Assembly: GCA_002189035.1 (NCBI GenBank)
Contig: CM007989.1
Span: forward strand, 5,704,001 to 5,768,000
Length of the DNA stretch: 64,000 nt
Reading direction: 5' to 3'
Source of the DNA: Utricularia gibba
Lineage: Eukaryota; Plantae; Magnoliophyta
The translations under genes and the position numbers were made by a program. The notes below the pieces were generated by a model that had not been told where the DNA came from, did no database searches, and was given only the letters and a program-made list of their open reading frames with translations. This document shows positions 38,176-51,835 of this stretch, in pieces. The number at the start of each line of letters is the position of its first letter. Position 1 is the first letter of the stretch.

Positions 38176-40621
38176 AATATATGCATGTAGATGAAAGATA
38201 AGAAAGGCCGGTGGAAAAGAATGGAGAAGGCTTGGAACCACATGCAATAGGTTAGGTCAATTGGAGTGAGTGGAGAGACGAAAAATATCTCTAGTTTGCA
38301 GATATTTTTTTCTTCCAATGATTATTTTTGTGTTTTCTGGTGAATTAGATGGACAAACCAGAGTTCTAGTGTGACACTAGAACTATCCTTCTATGTCTAA
38401 AATTACAGCTGAGACCTGAACAGAAGAGGAAGAAAGCTTGTGAACTTGTTTGAAAAAAAAGATGAAGGAAGAGAAGTTTCAACATAACACTAGAACTAAC
38501 CTCCAAAGTCCATAAGTGTAGGTGAGGTACGAATGAAAGACAAGAAAACTTGAGAACCTACAATTGGTGAAGAAGATGAAAAATACTGGAGAATCTTGCC
38601 AAATATTTTACTTTTGGATCCTTTATTTCTTACATGTTTCACTTCTTGAACTTGCAAGCGATTTACGTTTCATGTTTGAATGTTTAACTTGCTTGAATGT
38701 CTCACCTATAGTACCTCTTTGTTTCGTTATTTTCATTATTGTTTTCGCATGCATTCTTTGAACTAGAAACCTAAGATGAATTTTAATCCATTCTCATTCA
38801 GTTTGATTTTGGATTAAGTGCATTGACATTGTTTGTTACTTGAAATATCAATTTATGTAATTTGTTTTCTGCTTTTAGTTTAGGAATCAATAAAAGTCTT
38901 TTAATTGTAGTTAGAATAGAAATCCACTATTTGAAAAACCCCCTTGTTTAATTCAACTTATGTATATGACCAATAATTAAAAATCATTTACTCTTTATGG
39001 ATCAATTTAAACTTACTATTGTTACATTGATTTTCTTATTAATTGTATGTGATTTCTATATTTAGAATACAAATGATTTTTTTATGAGAAAAACCTTTAG
39101 ACTTTGTTTGGTTGATATATTTAGATATTGATAAATTTAAATTATTTGGATTTAAAAAAAAACTCAAATATTTAGGTATAAAAACACTCTTATACTTCCT
39201 TGGGTATACATATATCCATATATTCAGGTAATATATGGGTATAATTATTATTATATCCATATAATTGGTATAATTATAACTACATACTAAACAACATAAT
39301 TTTATTAAATCCATCATAAACCAACCTTATACTTTCATATCAAACAAGGCTTTAGGTCATAATTTGACTATCAATGCAGTTCAATCGAAACCCTTATTTT
39401 GAAGTTTTTTTGTTTCATAATTTGTCTATGAAGTAGGACTTACTTTCTTGTAATTTTTATTTTCAAATACCAATAACTATCCTTTGAAAACCCTGAATCA
39501 ACCTTGCTTACACATCAAGCTTACAATTAAAAACCCATTGCCCTCAATGAATCAATTGGAACTTGCCATTATTCCATTTATTTGAGTGTTGAATATTTGT
39601 ATGTTGTTTGACCTGTTTACAAATATTTTCATAATATTAAGCGTTTAGATGGTATATTTGTGGAAAGCAATGAAAAGATAATGAATAGTACTCTGGAAAA
39701 AAACAAGAAAAATCGAGAGTACTCGCACCCTAGGAAAGAAACTTCATTACAACGTGGTAAAGAGGTGAACCAAGTTTACAAAGCACAAAGACGTTCAAAG
39801 ATCTTCACGATTTTCACCTTCTTGGGGAGTGCTCTCCTTTACCAAAAAGCAGGTTCTTATTTTATTCTTCTTTCTTATTTATATTCTTGAAAAAAGTTCT
39901 TTATAAGATAGGGTTTTTTTCCTTTCATCTCTATCTTGACCAAATCTTTTGCAAGTGGTGATATATTCTCTTATTTGGGAAGGAAAAAGTCATTCACCCC
40001 ATCAAACTGCACAAGGAATTACAACTCGATGCTGTCTCGGCCTATCGGGTCTACAGGAGGACATTGGATACCTGTTGTTGTGCTTCTCAAAGAAAGCCCT
40101 TGTTGGCTGACTCGTGGCATGATTTACTTTGCCTCTCCCTTCAAGCTAATCTCTTCGCCCATGTTGAATGAAAGAACATAAGCAAGGGATTGATATTATT
40201 TTCCTTCCTCCCAACAATTTTGATGGAGTGCACTTCGCATCTAGGGATTTCTTACCAGAGCGCTACTCTATCTAAACACTCTTATTCAACAATGAGCACT
40301 TCTTGTCCAGACTTGCCTTGTTCAAACATGCCCCTTTGGGCATTACTCAATTAAATGCATCTCATCTAGGATCTTTACCTTGCATGGCAGCCGGCTCTTT
40401 TATGTCACAAGTAAATAAATACTTTTAACTAATATATTAAACACATATGAAAATAAGGATAGATATGCATTCAAGTAGAGATGGAAAATGAGGTGCTGCT
40501 AAGTTATTTAAGAAGCAAAAAGTGATTCTAAATTTGGAGTCCCCTTTGTAGGGAAAACTTCTAAAAGAAATATTTTTTCTGTATTATCGATATTATTGTT
40601 TAGGACAAAAATATGAAAGGA

Positions 40622-40665
40622 AGCCCAACAATATACTCTTCTGGGTATAATTCTTCTGTGGCCCA
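40622..40665 (+). promoter_or_regulatory. Two site II-like motifs (AGCCCA, GGCCCA) upstream of ELF1
   Basis: AGCCCA at 40622 and GGCCCA at 40660 lie just upstream of the GC-rich probable 5' leader (about 40730-40900). Short motifs; may be chance. Confidence 0.3.
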
Positions 40666-41353
40666 AATTGAAGACAAATACAAGAAAGTATTTGCAACAA
40701 AATGGCAAAGCCTTTTTATCCTCTTGAGGCGCGTCGAGGGTTTTTCTCCAAGTCGTTCAGGTGTTTCGCCTCGAATTAACGGCTGTCGGCGCGTCTAGAA
40801 AAACTTCGCGCCTTCCTATATTCTTGTTTCTTGAGGTGATTCCCTGCTGCTATTGTTGTGCATTTTTGCAGGTGTTTTCGAGTTGCTGTTATGATCGATT
40901 GTGTCCATGGGTAACTGTTGATGATCAATTGATTCTCTGGTCGCGGACTTGGTTTTTCCCTTGCGTGTTTGCCCTATTTTTCGTTCCTTGAAATCACCGG
41001 TTATGGGTGTAGGGTGTTTCCCTTCTTTGATGCCGCCCGAGTTTATTTCATCTATTTATCAGATAGCTGACATGTAAAGCGATGTATCTAGTGTACTTGG
41101 ATTTACGACTGTTTTCCCAAGATCTTTGTGGCAAGTTAATTGCGTTTGCTAAACGTGATATTCATCAAAGTGCTTGTTGTTTTGCAAGGCTTTGTGGAGT
41201 TGTGTTATCATCTGTTGGTCCGACTGTTTTGAGATTAAAAATTCTTCTGCTATTAGATAATTCAGAAAAGCATAACGTTATCATTTGCCGGCCAGTCTTT
41301 TGTTTCTTCAAATTGAATGTTTATTTGGTGAGGTGTGCAGTGTTTTAAGGAGA

Positions 41354-42038
41354 ATGGGCAAGAGAAAGTCAAGGGCAAAGCCTCTGCCTAAGAAGAGAAT
41401 GGACAAACTTGATACCGTATTCCGCTGCCCCTTCTGTAGTCACGCTACCAGTGTTGAATGCCGCATGTAAGTTCTCTTTTTTGAAAATTCCCCTTTTGCT
41501 ATATTATTTTTCGTCTGTTACGATGAAAAAAATGTGAATATTTACATTTTGCAAAACTCCGTGTATGGTTAAAATTATTGGAACCTATGATGTTTCCCAC
41601 TGAAACTTATGAAGTCACCCTTCACTTTCAGTGACATGAAGAACCTTATAGGGGAGGCATCATGTCGGATATGCCAAGAAAGCTTTAGCACTACTGTGAA
41701 CTGTATGTGCTCTTGCACCTGTTTCACCAGCTTTTTTAGAAATCGAAGCATTGCTTGAAATATTCATAAGTTATCTTAAAGAAGCGAGTCTTCATAATTT
41801 CCCTTCCAGTAGTATGATAAGGGCTTTCTTGAATAACCATATTTCTTTATTTTTCAACAGCCCTCACAGAGGCTATCGACATGTAAGTGCTATATGAATT
41901 TATCCATGTTTTTTCATTCACGCTAAAGACACATTCCATGGAATATTAAAGAAACTGTCTCTTGATTACAGATACAGCGAATGGATTGATGAGTGTGAAC
42001 GAGTCAACAATGCTGAGGAGGAAGAGGAAGAGGCTTAG
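41354..42038 (+). CDS. ELF1: Transcription elongation factor 1 homolog, 90 aa, 4 coding exons
   Basis: Exons 41354-41466, 41632-41702, 41861-41882, 41972-42038; 273 nt. MGKRKSRAKP..KKRMDKLDTVFRCPFCSH..SVECRIDMKNLIGEASCRICQESFSTTVNSLTEAIDIYSEWIDECERVN; C4 zinc ribbon and acidic tail. Confidence 0.97.
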
Positions 42039-43554
42039 ATTCTCAACACTGGGATGCCTGCTAGTCTGGTTCCCACTGGATCTGCATGTGTGTATGTGAA
42101 TCTACTTAGGGTTTTTATCGATTCCATTAGATCTGCATGTGTATTTACTCGTGTCTTGATGGCCCAAAGGGAATGGGGCGAATGAATAATCACGTTAAAG
42201 TATGCATAATATGGCTGTGGGTATTACATCTCTGCAGTGGTGTTAGTTTCTCCTCTCCATTACAAGGTGTGAAAGTATGACATATGCATCCGTTTCTTTG
42301 TTCTGAACCTTACATGTTGCAATCTGTAAATCCTGTATTGAAGAAGTGACCACTTGTTACATTGGAGTCATCCAAATTAATCTTGATGATTAAAATATAA
42401 GAGGCATTTGTTCCTATGTATAGAACTAAAGCATTATGGGAGTTGGGCATTTGTTTTATATCATCTTCTCTTCTCTATTCATGTTAATCCGTAGGTCCTA
42501 AGTGTAGTAGGAAGAGGAAGCCCTGGGTTCCCTAGCTGAGATTGAAGTGTGTTTTGTTAATGGGATTAACAGGATTTAAAATAAGGAATATAAACACTAT
42601 TGCTTTTACTCGGTAAACAATATTATAGTACAAATCTTTATTAAAATTATAAATATATTTGTACTTCATCTTCAATAAATAATATACAATATTTGAGATG
42701 TTAGAAATATATATTATTTAAGTTAATAAAAATAATAATAAATTGTAGATTTCTAAATATATATTTGGGATAAAAAATAATAAAAACTTCGTGTTATTTG
42801 TGTTATAAAAAATAGTAAAATTAGAATCATCGCAAATGCAATAATGTTTGGATAAACTTCTTTTTTATTGTCCCCATCGATAATGAAACTTGCATAAACT
42901 GTAAATCTTAATTTGAAGGTTTCCTTTGTAATTAACAAATTTTAATTTCATTATAAATTAAATAATTCAATGAAGTATAATATAAACTGTCAACTAGTTA
43001 CAAATTGTAAAAAAATTAATTTTACTGTATCACCTTTACTACTATTAAATGAATAAAATTATTTTTTATCTTAATCTCATAATAGGATAGTTTCCAAGAA
43101 TCAAATCTTAAGGGGCAATTTAATTGGGTGTATTACATGGGGTTAGAATTGGGTTTAATTATATAGCTATGTTTGCTTTGTGAATTGTAGGTGAATAAAA
43201 ATTAACTCGTCTATATATTTACAAGAACTCATTGAAATAGATTTATATAAATCATGGTGAGAGAAAGGATGTCATTCATGTAAACACATTTTGCATCTTC
43301 CATGTTTGCCCTTCATTCAATACACAAATTCAGATTCAGTATAGATTTGAACATACATGACATCCCATTGGGTGAATTGTTTGCAATCAAGGTATGCTTT
43401 CAAGAGACTCAATTGTAATGTTGCATTTCATGGGTTTTCTCCTTAACCAACATTATGTTGCTCAATTGTGTGATGTTACTTTTCATGTGTTTTACTCATC
43501 GGTGTCTATTTGATATATTTTCATTAATGATTTCACTTGTTGTGCAAGCAATAC

Positions 43555-43725
43555 AATATTTTTGAGGAAGTGTTATGTTATGTTCAGTGGGATTGTTGTT
43601 GCATTGACGTAATACTTAGGATAAATCATTCACTATACTTGCATTGGAAATGTTCCTACATAGAATAAGAGCATATATAAATATTCTCTCACAAAAATGA
43701 TTCCTGCACAAGTGGCACACCAATA
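43555..43725 (+). mobile_element. Second Harbinger transposase N-terminal fragment
   Basis: IFEEV...LHWK...KYSLTKMIPAQVAH parallels FFTEG...LHWKK...KYSLTHKIPRQVE at 18800-18965. Confidence 0.45.
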
Positions 43726-44099
43726 TAGAACTTGAAATATTATATATATATATATTGTATTTTAATAAATAGAATTATTTATTAAATAATCACGATAAAA
43801 TTAGAATTTTTTATATAAAAAATAATAAATTTAATATAAATTATAAAATATTTTATGATAATTAGCTATATTGATAGGTATATATATAACTAATTATTTC
43901 AATTTTTCAACATTATAAATCATAATGCTTGTTAAATAAATAATAATATAGCATAATATGAATTACTATTGAACACTATAGCTTGAATTTCAATTCAGTT
44001 CAGTTCAGATTTAGTTACCCAACCTTTGTTGGTAGCTGAGTAACCTGAATTTCAAGATTCTTGATAGTTTGTTGGTTCTCAGCTTGGTTTTTGATTGAT

Positions 44100-45995
44100 T
44101 GGGTTATGAAAGTCTTCAAAATATCCTCCAATGAACTTCCAGAATTTCCTCAAGAATTATTCTGGTTTGGAGGCTGAAATTGCTGTTGCATCTGCTGGTT
44201 TGGCTTGCGAAATTGTGGAGCTTGATAAGAACGTTGCTGCTACTCCTGAAAATTTTGCTGAAAACCTTGCTGTCCAGCTGATGAACTCTCACCCTTGTAC
44301 GAATTATCACTATTACTCCATCTGAAATTTGGATGATCCCTCCATCCAGGATTGTAAGTGCTCGAATAGGGATCATATTTCTTCCTTTGTGGCTCCATAT
44401 ATCCCATTGCCTTCACATGTTCTTCCTCCATCAATTCGGGACATTTATCAGCTATGTGTCCCATTCTTAGCTTGGAATAAAAATAGTTCCTTCATCATCT
44501 TAGACATGGTTGCCACATTTTTTGTCAGCTCATTTTCTGATGACTTTGGCTTGCATTCCAGCTCATAAACCCTTTTGTTTGAGGCTTGTTTTCTAATTAT
44601 GTGCCTGGAAGAGCTTCCGTGGGAGTCTTTTTCCTCAAAAAACCACATGATGTAGAATCCACCATGGCTCTATACGTGCATAGAAGACCATCATAAAAAT
44701 ACTTGACCAATGCATTGGTCTTAAATCCGTGGTGTGGACAAGAGCCTAGCAGGTGATTAAAATGCTCTCAATATTCACGTAAAGATTCACCATTTGACTG
44801 CTCAATATCACTAATTTCCTTATTCCTTCAGCTTTTGAACTAGGGAAATATTTACTCAAAAATACCTTCTTCATACCACTCGAATCTATGATGCTCCCAG
44901 GCTTCAAAGAGTTAAACCATGTCTTTGCACTTCCTTCTAGTGTAAATTGGAATACCCTCAAGCAGATGGCATCCTCAGTCATCCCAACACTTTTAATGGA
45001 GGTGCAAACAGCAGTGACATTGTCAAGATGTTCATGTGGGTTTTCACTCACTTTTCTATAATACTTTGACAGAAAATTAATCATAGCTTGCTTCAATTCG
45101 TTGGCTGTGTCATCAGAGAACCTAATACACAGCTCTCTATACGTGTGGTCAGCTGTATCAAGCTCATTCAGGGTCTTCTCCTGTTCTGCCATATTGAGAT
45201 TAGTTTGAGTAACAACAGGGAGTCTGCTCAACCTAGCTGCTTCTCTCACTCTTGTGCGATTCTTGCTGATAGTTCTCTCGATTTCTGCATGGAAAACAAG
45301 ATCACCTGCACCAAAAGAACGCAAATGCATCAACCGAATCAAAAAACAATTAAACACCACTCCCCGGCAACGGCGCCAATTTGATAAACGAAAAATTTAC
45401 ACGTCGTAAATGTAAATCTTCCTATCAAATAAATTTATAACCTAATACACATTCTAGCATAAAACAATTATGAGCATAGTGATTAGGGTCGAACACGAAG
45501 AGCAGGTGCTTGCTATGTGAAAGTTGATGCATGAAACTAGTGTCACGTTGGTAAAATTGGTATGAACTCATGCTAAGTGCTTAGCATTCTCATGCTTAAG
45601 ACAAACGAAAACAAAAGAGAAAACATCATCCACAATGCACTCATGCTTGAAATCGTCACTAGCTAATCTTAGCTAGGAGTAATAATCCTTGGAAAACAGA
45701 AAATAATCTTCAAGCATGAACTTAGTTCCTGATTGTCTTCATCCTTCTTCCTCCTCAAAAAACCTTCTCCAGAAAATTATTCATGAGTCTCCAAGGGGAG
45801 ATCTGCCTTCTCTCTCATCTTCCCTCCATTTTTGTCCAAAATCTCACTTTTTCACCTCCTTGGACTTTGTGTGTACTCTTTTTCAGACTTCTGTCACCTT
45901 CTCTGCCACCACACTGTTCATATTCAGCTCCTTGGGATTTGTGTTGCGACCTGTGCTGCATTGCTCGAAGGAAGCTGTTAGAAGTATCTTGCCCT
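44100..45995 (-). mobile_element. 5' portion of an Athila-type element: truncated family A LTR, PBS, gag
   Basis: LTR 45382-45995; perfect PBS; gag ORF 44746-45360 (ENPHEHLD...EDAICLRVFQFTLEGSAKTWFNSLKPGSI...FLSKYFP); zinc-knuckle region GHIADKCP...YNPGWRDHPNFRW (44240-44464). Confidence 0.9.
45361..45378 (-). promoter_or_regulatory. Intact tRNA-Asp primer binding site
   Basis: Minus strand reads TGGCGCCGTTGCCGGGGA, 3 nt after the LTR end ...TTATCA. Confidence 0.95.
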
Positions 45996-46004
45996 GTTAA
46001 ATGT

Positions 46005-48692
46005 CAATGAGCTTGTATGGACCCCTAGATTGTAGTGTAGCAAATAGAGGATGTGAGGTGCACAAGACATACTCAACACAAATGAAAGACTGTGGAACTT
46101 GGAAAATTGACAAATGCCAGAGCCAATACCATTCAACCCACAAAGAAATGGTATATATTTGGATTTTTAGTTAGAAAAATGACTAAGTCTGTAATGCTAT
46201 AAGAGATTAGTATCATTTTGATGTGTGGAATCAACAAGGAAAATTTTCGGGGCAATAGTAGGTTCACTCAATCACTTTTCAGCACCTCTATGTGATGCTG
46301 GAAAATAGAAAACTTAGCAAGAACTACCATAAAAGACTGTTTGTTTAGCACATTAAGGCACCTCTTCAATCTCTGCATAGCCAAAATTTCACCTGTATCC
46401 CAATCCTACAACATACAATACCAATTGAAGAAGGGTACATGAATACCAGCATCATCGATCAACAATTTCACAAGTATAAGGTTATATTTTAAGTGAGGCA
46501 CAAAGCTCGAAGCAGAGTTAGTTTTTCCATTCTTCTTTCATCACCAAGGTCGAAGCTCCTTAACAGTAAATGATAAACGGAAATTTCCTAATATCGTTGA
46601 AAATAAAAATAGAAAATCCGTATCAAATAAATTTATAATCCCTAATTTACACAAAATACAAATTTGGAAAACTTGTATAGTGGATATCGGGGTCGATCAC
46701 GAAGAGTTTGTGGTTGCTAAGTGTTTTAGTACATGCATAATTTCGGATAACAGTAGGTCTTAGTGTAAGCTTGGACTAACAGTGGTAAACAAGTTCAGTA
46801 AACAAGGTAGGTAAGCAATATCAGGTTTCTACGCTAAGGTAACAGGTACTGGTTTTGACTCAAACTAATACTAGGACGCCTTAAGGGTCTGCGGGTGATG
46901 TTATGCTAAGCTTCCTAACTTAATTTATTATCTTCCTACACTCACAACTTCAAATAACCTAAGTCTACCCAGGTCATTCATCATATTTTTGGCTTAAGCT
47001 AGTCCCCAATATCATAACCAACATTGCAATTAGGTCTACCCGCATGCAAGGCATATAGAACTAGGTCTACCCGGTTCTACTGGTTCTACCCTGGACTAAT
47101 ACTGACTGATCCTGTCTTAGTTTGTTGGTCTAACTCTAAACCAAGCATCTAAGTTGTAAAACTACTTGCTCCCCTCCTTAGGTCTACCCACGGTTTGTTA
47201 GGAACAAAAGTTAAGGAAGACAACTAAATTTCATCATCAACCTAAACACATACCACCCACTTCTCCTTAAGGCATCCCTAAGACTCTAGCCACTCATGCT
47301 TTGGAAATAAAACACGATTTCATTCATATAAGTTGGCCAAAATGGCAGAAACATTGTAAACAAGTAAAATGCAGAAAGTCGAAATGTTCAGAAAACTAGA
47401 AAGTAAATAAAGATTGTTCTTCCGCCCGTTAGCTACCATTTTGTCTAACATAAACATAAACCATCACTAAATCATGAAAAATCATATTTATCTAACCTAA
47501 ACCATAATAAAATATAACCATTTTGTATTTTGAAATTTAGGAAAAATGTGTGTCATCAATAAAGCAGTTGTCGGCCATATACTCTGCTTTCTTGCTAATC
47601 ATACAATATCAATTATCCCACTTCTGTCCTTGCCTGAAGTTGGAGGTAGCACTCTAAGATGAAGAAAACCTTGCGAGTATTGCATAATCAATATGAATGT
47701 TGATCCCTTCATACTATCGCTTCTTCATATGCTATTCAATGTGGAGCATGAAAGCATAAGCCTTGAAGACTGACATAATGTCATCCATAGCTAAAATTTG
47801 ATTCCATGTGGCAGCATATTTGACATCAGAAACTGCATCAACTTCATGACAGAGAAGGCCTTATTAGCGCAAACTATTGTATTGCATTGACCACATTTGG
47901 ATTTCTTGAAACATAGCATCCAAATCCTTCCAAAGTGCACTCAATTTGGTAAAATATTGAGTTATGCTCATATCCCTTTGTTTTAGATTTTATAGGTCTT
48001 ATTGCACTTGATACAAAAAGTTATTATTTGTTTGTCTATAGTGAGCTTCTAATGTGTTTCACAAATCATAAGAGCTATGCATCCAATGAAACTGGAAACC
48101 AATTACTTTGAGATGGAATTTAGTATCCCAGACAACACAATAATATTGTTCCACATCCAAAAATTGTGAGTAGGATTGTTAAGTGAAAGTTTGGAGACAT
48201 CTTCATGGAGGATCTCAACCATGCTCATGGCACCTAGCACCAAACACATACCGTGATGCTAATTGAAGTAATCGTGTGTTGTTAAGAGATCATTTACTAG
48301 CGATGCATTGGGATAATCTGTTCCACTCAAATGTAGAGGATCAGCCATGCCCAATTTTACTATGGTGACAATTGAACTGATTGTTGAATCAGTTCTATGA
48401 CTTTCTTTCATCTATAGGACGTCTCACTTGTTGGAGAAAAAAGTGAGCAGTTTCTCCATGCTCAGTGTACCATGAACAAGTTAGAACAGAAATCAAACTA
48501 AATGAAATACACTCTGCAATTAAGATGAACTGATCGATGTTGTGTGGAAAGCGAACGAGAGTTATAATACAAAATTGTGTAAAAAGTCACACAGAAAACA
48601 TCTTGTAATGTGTACTTATAAGCAACGAACTAACTATTAAAAGAGAAGAAATATTTCCTATAATCGACCTGTGCCCATGTGCTAGCACAACA
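46005..48692 (-). mobile_element. Decayed Ty1/copia element (LTR, gag, protease region, start of integrase), split by a solo LTR
   Basis: Probable LTR 48473-48692 (TG...CA); PBS-like TGGTACACTGAGC at 48460-48472; gag PLHLSGTDYPNASLV...ILNSISK; FVPHLKYNLILVKLL...DWDTGEIL; pre-integrase and RGPY motif near 46020. Confidence 0.75.
46571..47558 (-). mobile_element. Solo LTR, family B (988 bp, internally deleted)
   Basis: TGATAAACGG...GTGTCATCA; flanks GTAAA/ATAAA (4 of 5); long near-identical stretches with 23401-24810 but 422 bp shorter. Confidence 0.9.
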
Positions 48693-49949
48693 TTAAGAAG
48701 TTGCTCAACACTGGATAGCAGGTTCCGCTCTCTGGACATCAAGTTTCGTCTTCAAATCCATATTGAGGCAATCAATGGATTTTCTTGGGGAGTATCGCAC
48801 GTCAACTACATCCATTGTCAATGTAAGACTCTCACATGCCCCTATCCTCATGGAATATTCTGTTGAACTACTCTTTTGATAATTGCAAGCAGTATTTAAT
48901 AAAACAAAGGAGTACCTTGTAGACAAGTTGGTTGTTGCTTATTGGAAAATATGACAGTAAACGAAATTTGCAGAAAAAGGTAACGAGGTCTTTCAAATAG
49001 ACTCTAATAACTTTAGTGGTAAATGAGTTGTAGAATAGCATAGAGTCATGATGATAGTGTCTTTTTTAGATCAATCCTATGCAAAGACTATATTTAGATC
49101 GCATGTTCAACATATAAATATTTTTTATGAAATTTGTTTTAGATTTATGACATCTAAAGAAATTCCGATACATCAACAACTTGAGTACATGAACAAATTG
49201 ATTAGGAGATGCTTCATTACACCATAAAATATTGACCTAAAACCACAACCCAAAATAATCATCACTAGATCAATGGGAGAGGAGGAACTATAGTCTTCCA
49301 AATTTATGGCCACATGTACCAAAACCTCCTTCAATATCAAATACCATAAGTGCATTTATAAAAATTCTAAACATTTATTCTACTATATAATACCAATAAA
49401 ACGATTATCATCACAGGGTGCTCATAACATAATGAATCAAGCCCATTCTCATAAGTCGATATTTGAAATAAGAAGTATATTTAGTAATGTTTTCGAAAAA
49501 TAGATATTAACATTTAAGCTATCATATGTTAAAAAAATTATAAAGTGATTAAAAACTTGAAAATACTATTAATTTTTATTTATTTGTAATGTTTGTAAAC
49601 ATAATACTGTAATATTGAAATATCATTTCTATAATATAACTTAATATACATATATATTTAAATTGGAATAAGTTTAATGAATTAAATAATATATTTATAA
49701 ATAATTATTCATTTTTACAGTATTATTGATGGTAATTCTGCAAATGCAAAGAAACCGTCGAAGTAATAAAATAAGATCATATCCACAGGAAATTATTATT
49801 AGAATTTTCTTTTCAAAACAAAGACTTAAAAAGCTTGAAAACAAACTGAAAACAAAAGGAAGATTTGGTTTTGAAGACAATAAAAAAAGTGACATTAGAT
49901 CTAAGATCCACTTTGATTAAAACTTACCTTTGCGTGTGTGCAAATCTTG

Positions 49950-50880
49950 AAGACTAACATGCTTGCACAAGTTTTGGGAGTGTTATTCTAAAATAGTGCT
50001 ATTCGGTGACCGTTATAGCACCGTCCCTTGTTTTGTAGGATTATGGAATCAACTATGCCAACAAGCCATTTCACCTCTTGTGATAACCCATGTTTTCCCC
50101 ACACCCATATCTAACCCTTACACCTCACACCTCGCAGACAGGTTAGACAGAATGTGCCTTACCAACGATGTCCGATTGAGCCCTTCTCCTTAGGTGTTTG
50201 AGGCCAACCTTTGATTCTCTCACACTCCCTTCGGGTTATGTGATACTAAAGAGCACGTTGATAAAGAAAACGTTGCAAAAAACAGAATCAAACCTCAATT
50301 TAAATGTCAAAAAACATAGTAAAACAGTTACACGCGTAGGATTTGCGCAAGCAAGGTTTCACCGCAGATCCTTAGCCGCAATCGCCTACATGCGCAGACT
50401 CGACTCTAATATGAAAATAGACACGAAAATAGGAAAAATACAAAGGAAAAGTGGTCAAAGACGTCTCTAATGGTTGAGAGGGTGGGGTATTTATAGGAGA
50501 GTAAATCCAATCTTCGTATTGAGCTTATTCGATGGGCTTAGATAAGATCTTCTATCTAAATCTTTTATCCAAATATTCAAAGATCTTCTTCATATCTCTA
50601 TCTTATCCATGAATCTTGGACCGAATCTTCATCATTTGACCGAGTCTTGGACTGAAATTCGTGGCTCATCAAGTCCATAATTTGATGGGTCTTGAATTCT
50701 CCTCAAATTGATCCAAAAATATCTTAAAAATCCATCAAATACAATTTATCTCCAAAAAAATCAAAGTAGTGTGAAAGATGCAAAATTAATTGAGAATAAT
50801 GAGAAAGTGGAATCTAAGATAAGTAAAAACAACACTTAAGAGTAATGGAAGAACATGTTTTGGAACGACAAAAAATCAAT
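49950..50880 (-). mobile_element. LTR-like fragment (Ogre/Tat-like appearance)
   Basis: TATTTATAGG (TATA on minus) at about 50488 followed by AT-rich sequence ending ...ATCA; no coding homology recognised; edges uncertain. Confidence 0.35.
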
Positions 50881-51835
50881 TATCAATTATAAATAATATT
50901 TTTAAACGGATAGTAATAAAATTCTTTATAATGTCAATTAATTATTGTAATTTTTTTAAAAAAATTAAAAATATGCATAATGAAGAATTAGATATAGATG
51001 TGAATTATGAAATAAATCACAGTCGTATGAAATTCTCAAACTCCCTTCCCCTATTTCGTGGGTTATTTCACAAGACATACCCATAGCAAATTCCTTATGC
51101 TGCCCTATCTCACCCTTTGGCATATGCCGATGTAAATTATATGTAATCCATGCTCCTAAAAATTCATCCAATTTCATAGTATATTTTATTACAATTAATA
51201 ATTTTGTATATGCATCGAATTATTTAAGTTAAATATATAAAAATTACGGTATAAATAATATAATTATTTAACTTATATAATTATTTTGTAACCAAAATAA
51301 TCATATCCAAAATATATATAAATAACGTTTATGTATAATTTATATACGGATATCTAAAGAAAAATTCACTTGTAATAAATTATGTTATTCTTTTTTTCAT
51401 TTTGTATTTGAATTATATATTTCTTGTATTTGTAAATGCATATTAATTATTTTTATTATGTGAAAAATATTATACTGTATAGTATAAAAAAAAATAGAGC
51501 TATTTAACAAATAAATACATAAAATGGTATCATTCTGCAAGTAAAAATTTTACAAACACAAGAGGGTGTAGGCGAGAAGCTTAAGTTTGAGAAGAAAAGC
51601 ACCCTGCGGAAGGAAGGATCCGAGAAGCAGAAAGTAACTTTCTCCGTGGAAAGCGAGCGAATGATGCGATAGATATGAGACCGGGTCACTCTGGCAAAAG
51701 CTTCAAGTGACATGGACTGGCAATAAAAGGGATGGATTCTGCATTGCATTATTATTGGCATCAATTCAATACACGAGTGTGGGGTGTCCCAAATGCTGCC
51801 ATGGAAACCACCTCCATCACAAACTCAAGTGTGAA

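Noticed and set aside
38362-38384. 23-bp palindrome AGTTCTAGTGT-G-ACACTAGAACT
   Set aside because: Short, lies in LTR-like sequence where ACACTAGAACT recurs nearby; no evidence of independent function.
39650-40440. Retroelement-like sequence upstream of ELF1
   Set aside because: LTR-like composition but no assignable domain or boundaries.
45361-45378. tRNA-Asp gene
   Set aside because: Only the 18-nt 3'-end match is present, next to an LTR. It is a primer binding site with no cloverleaf.
48705-48926. 73-aa ORF next to the copia LTR
   Set aside because: Non-ATG start, no recognisable motif or splice context.
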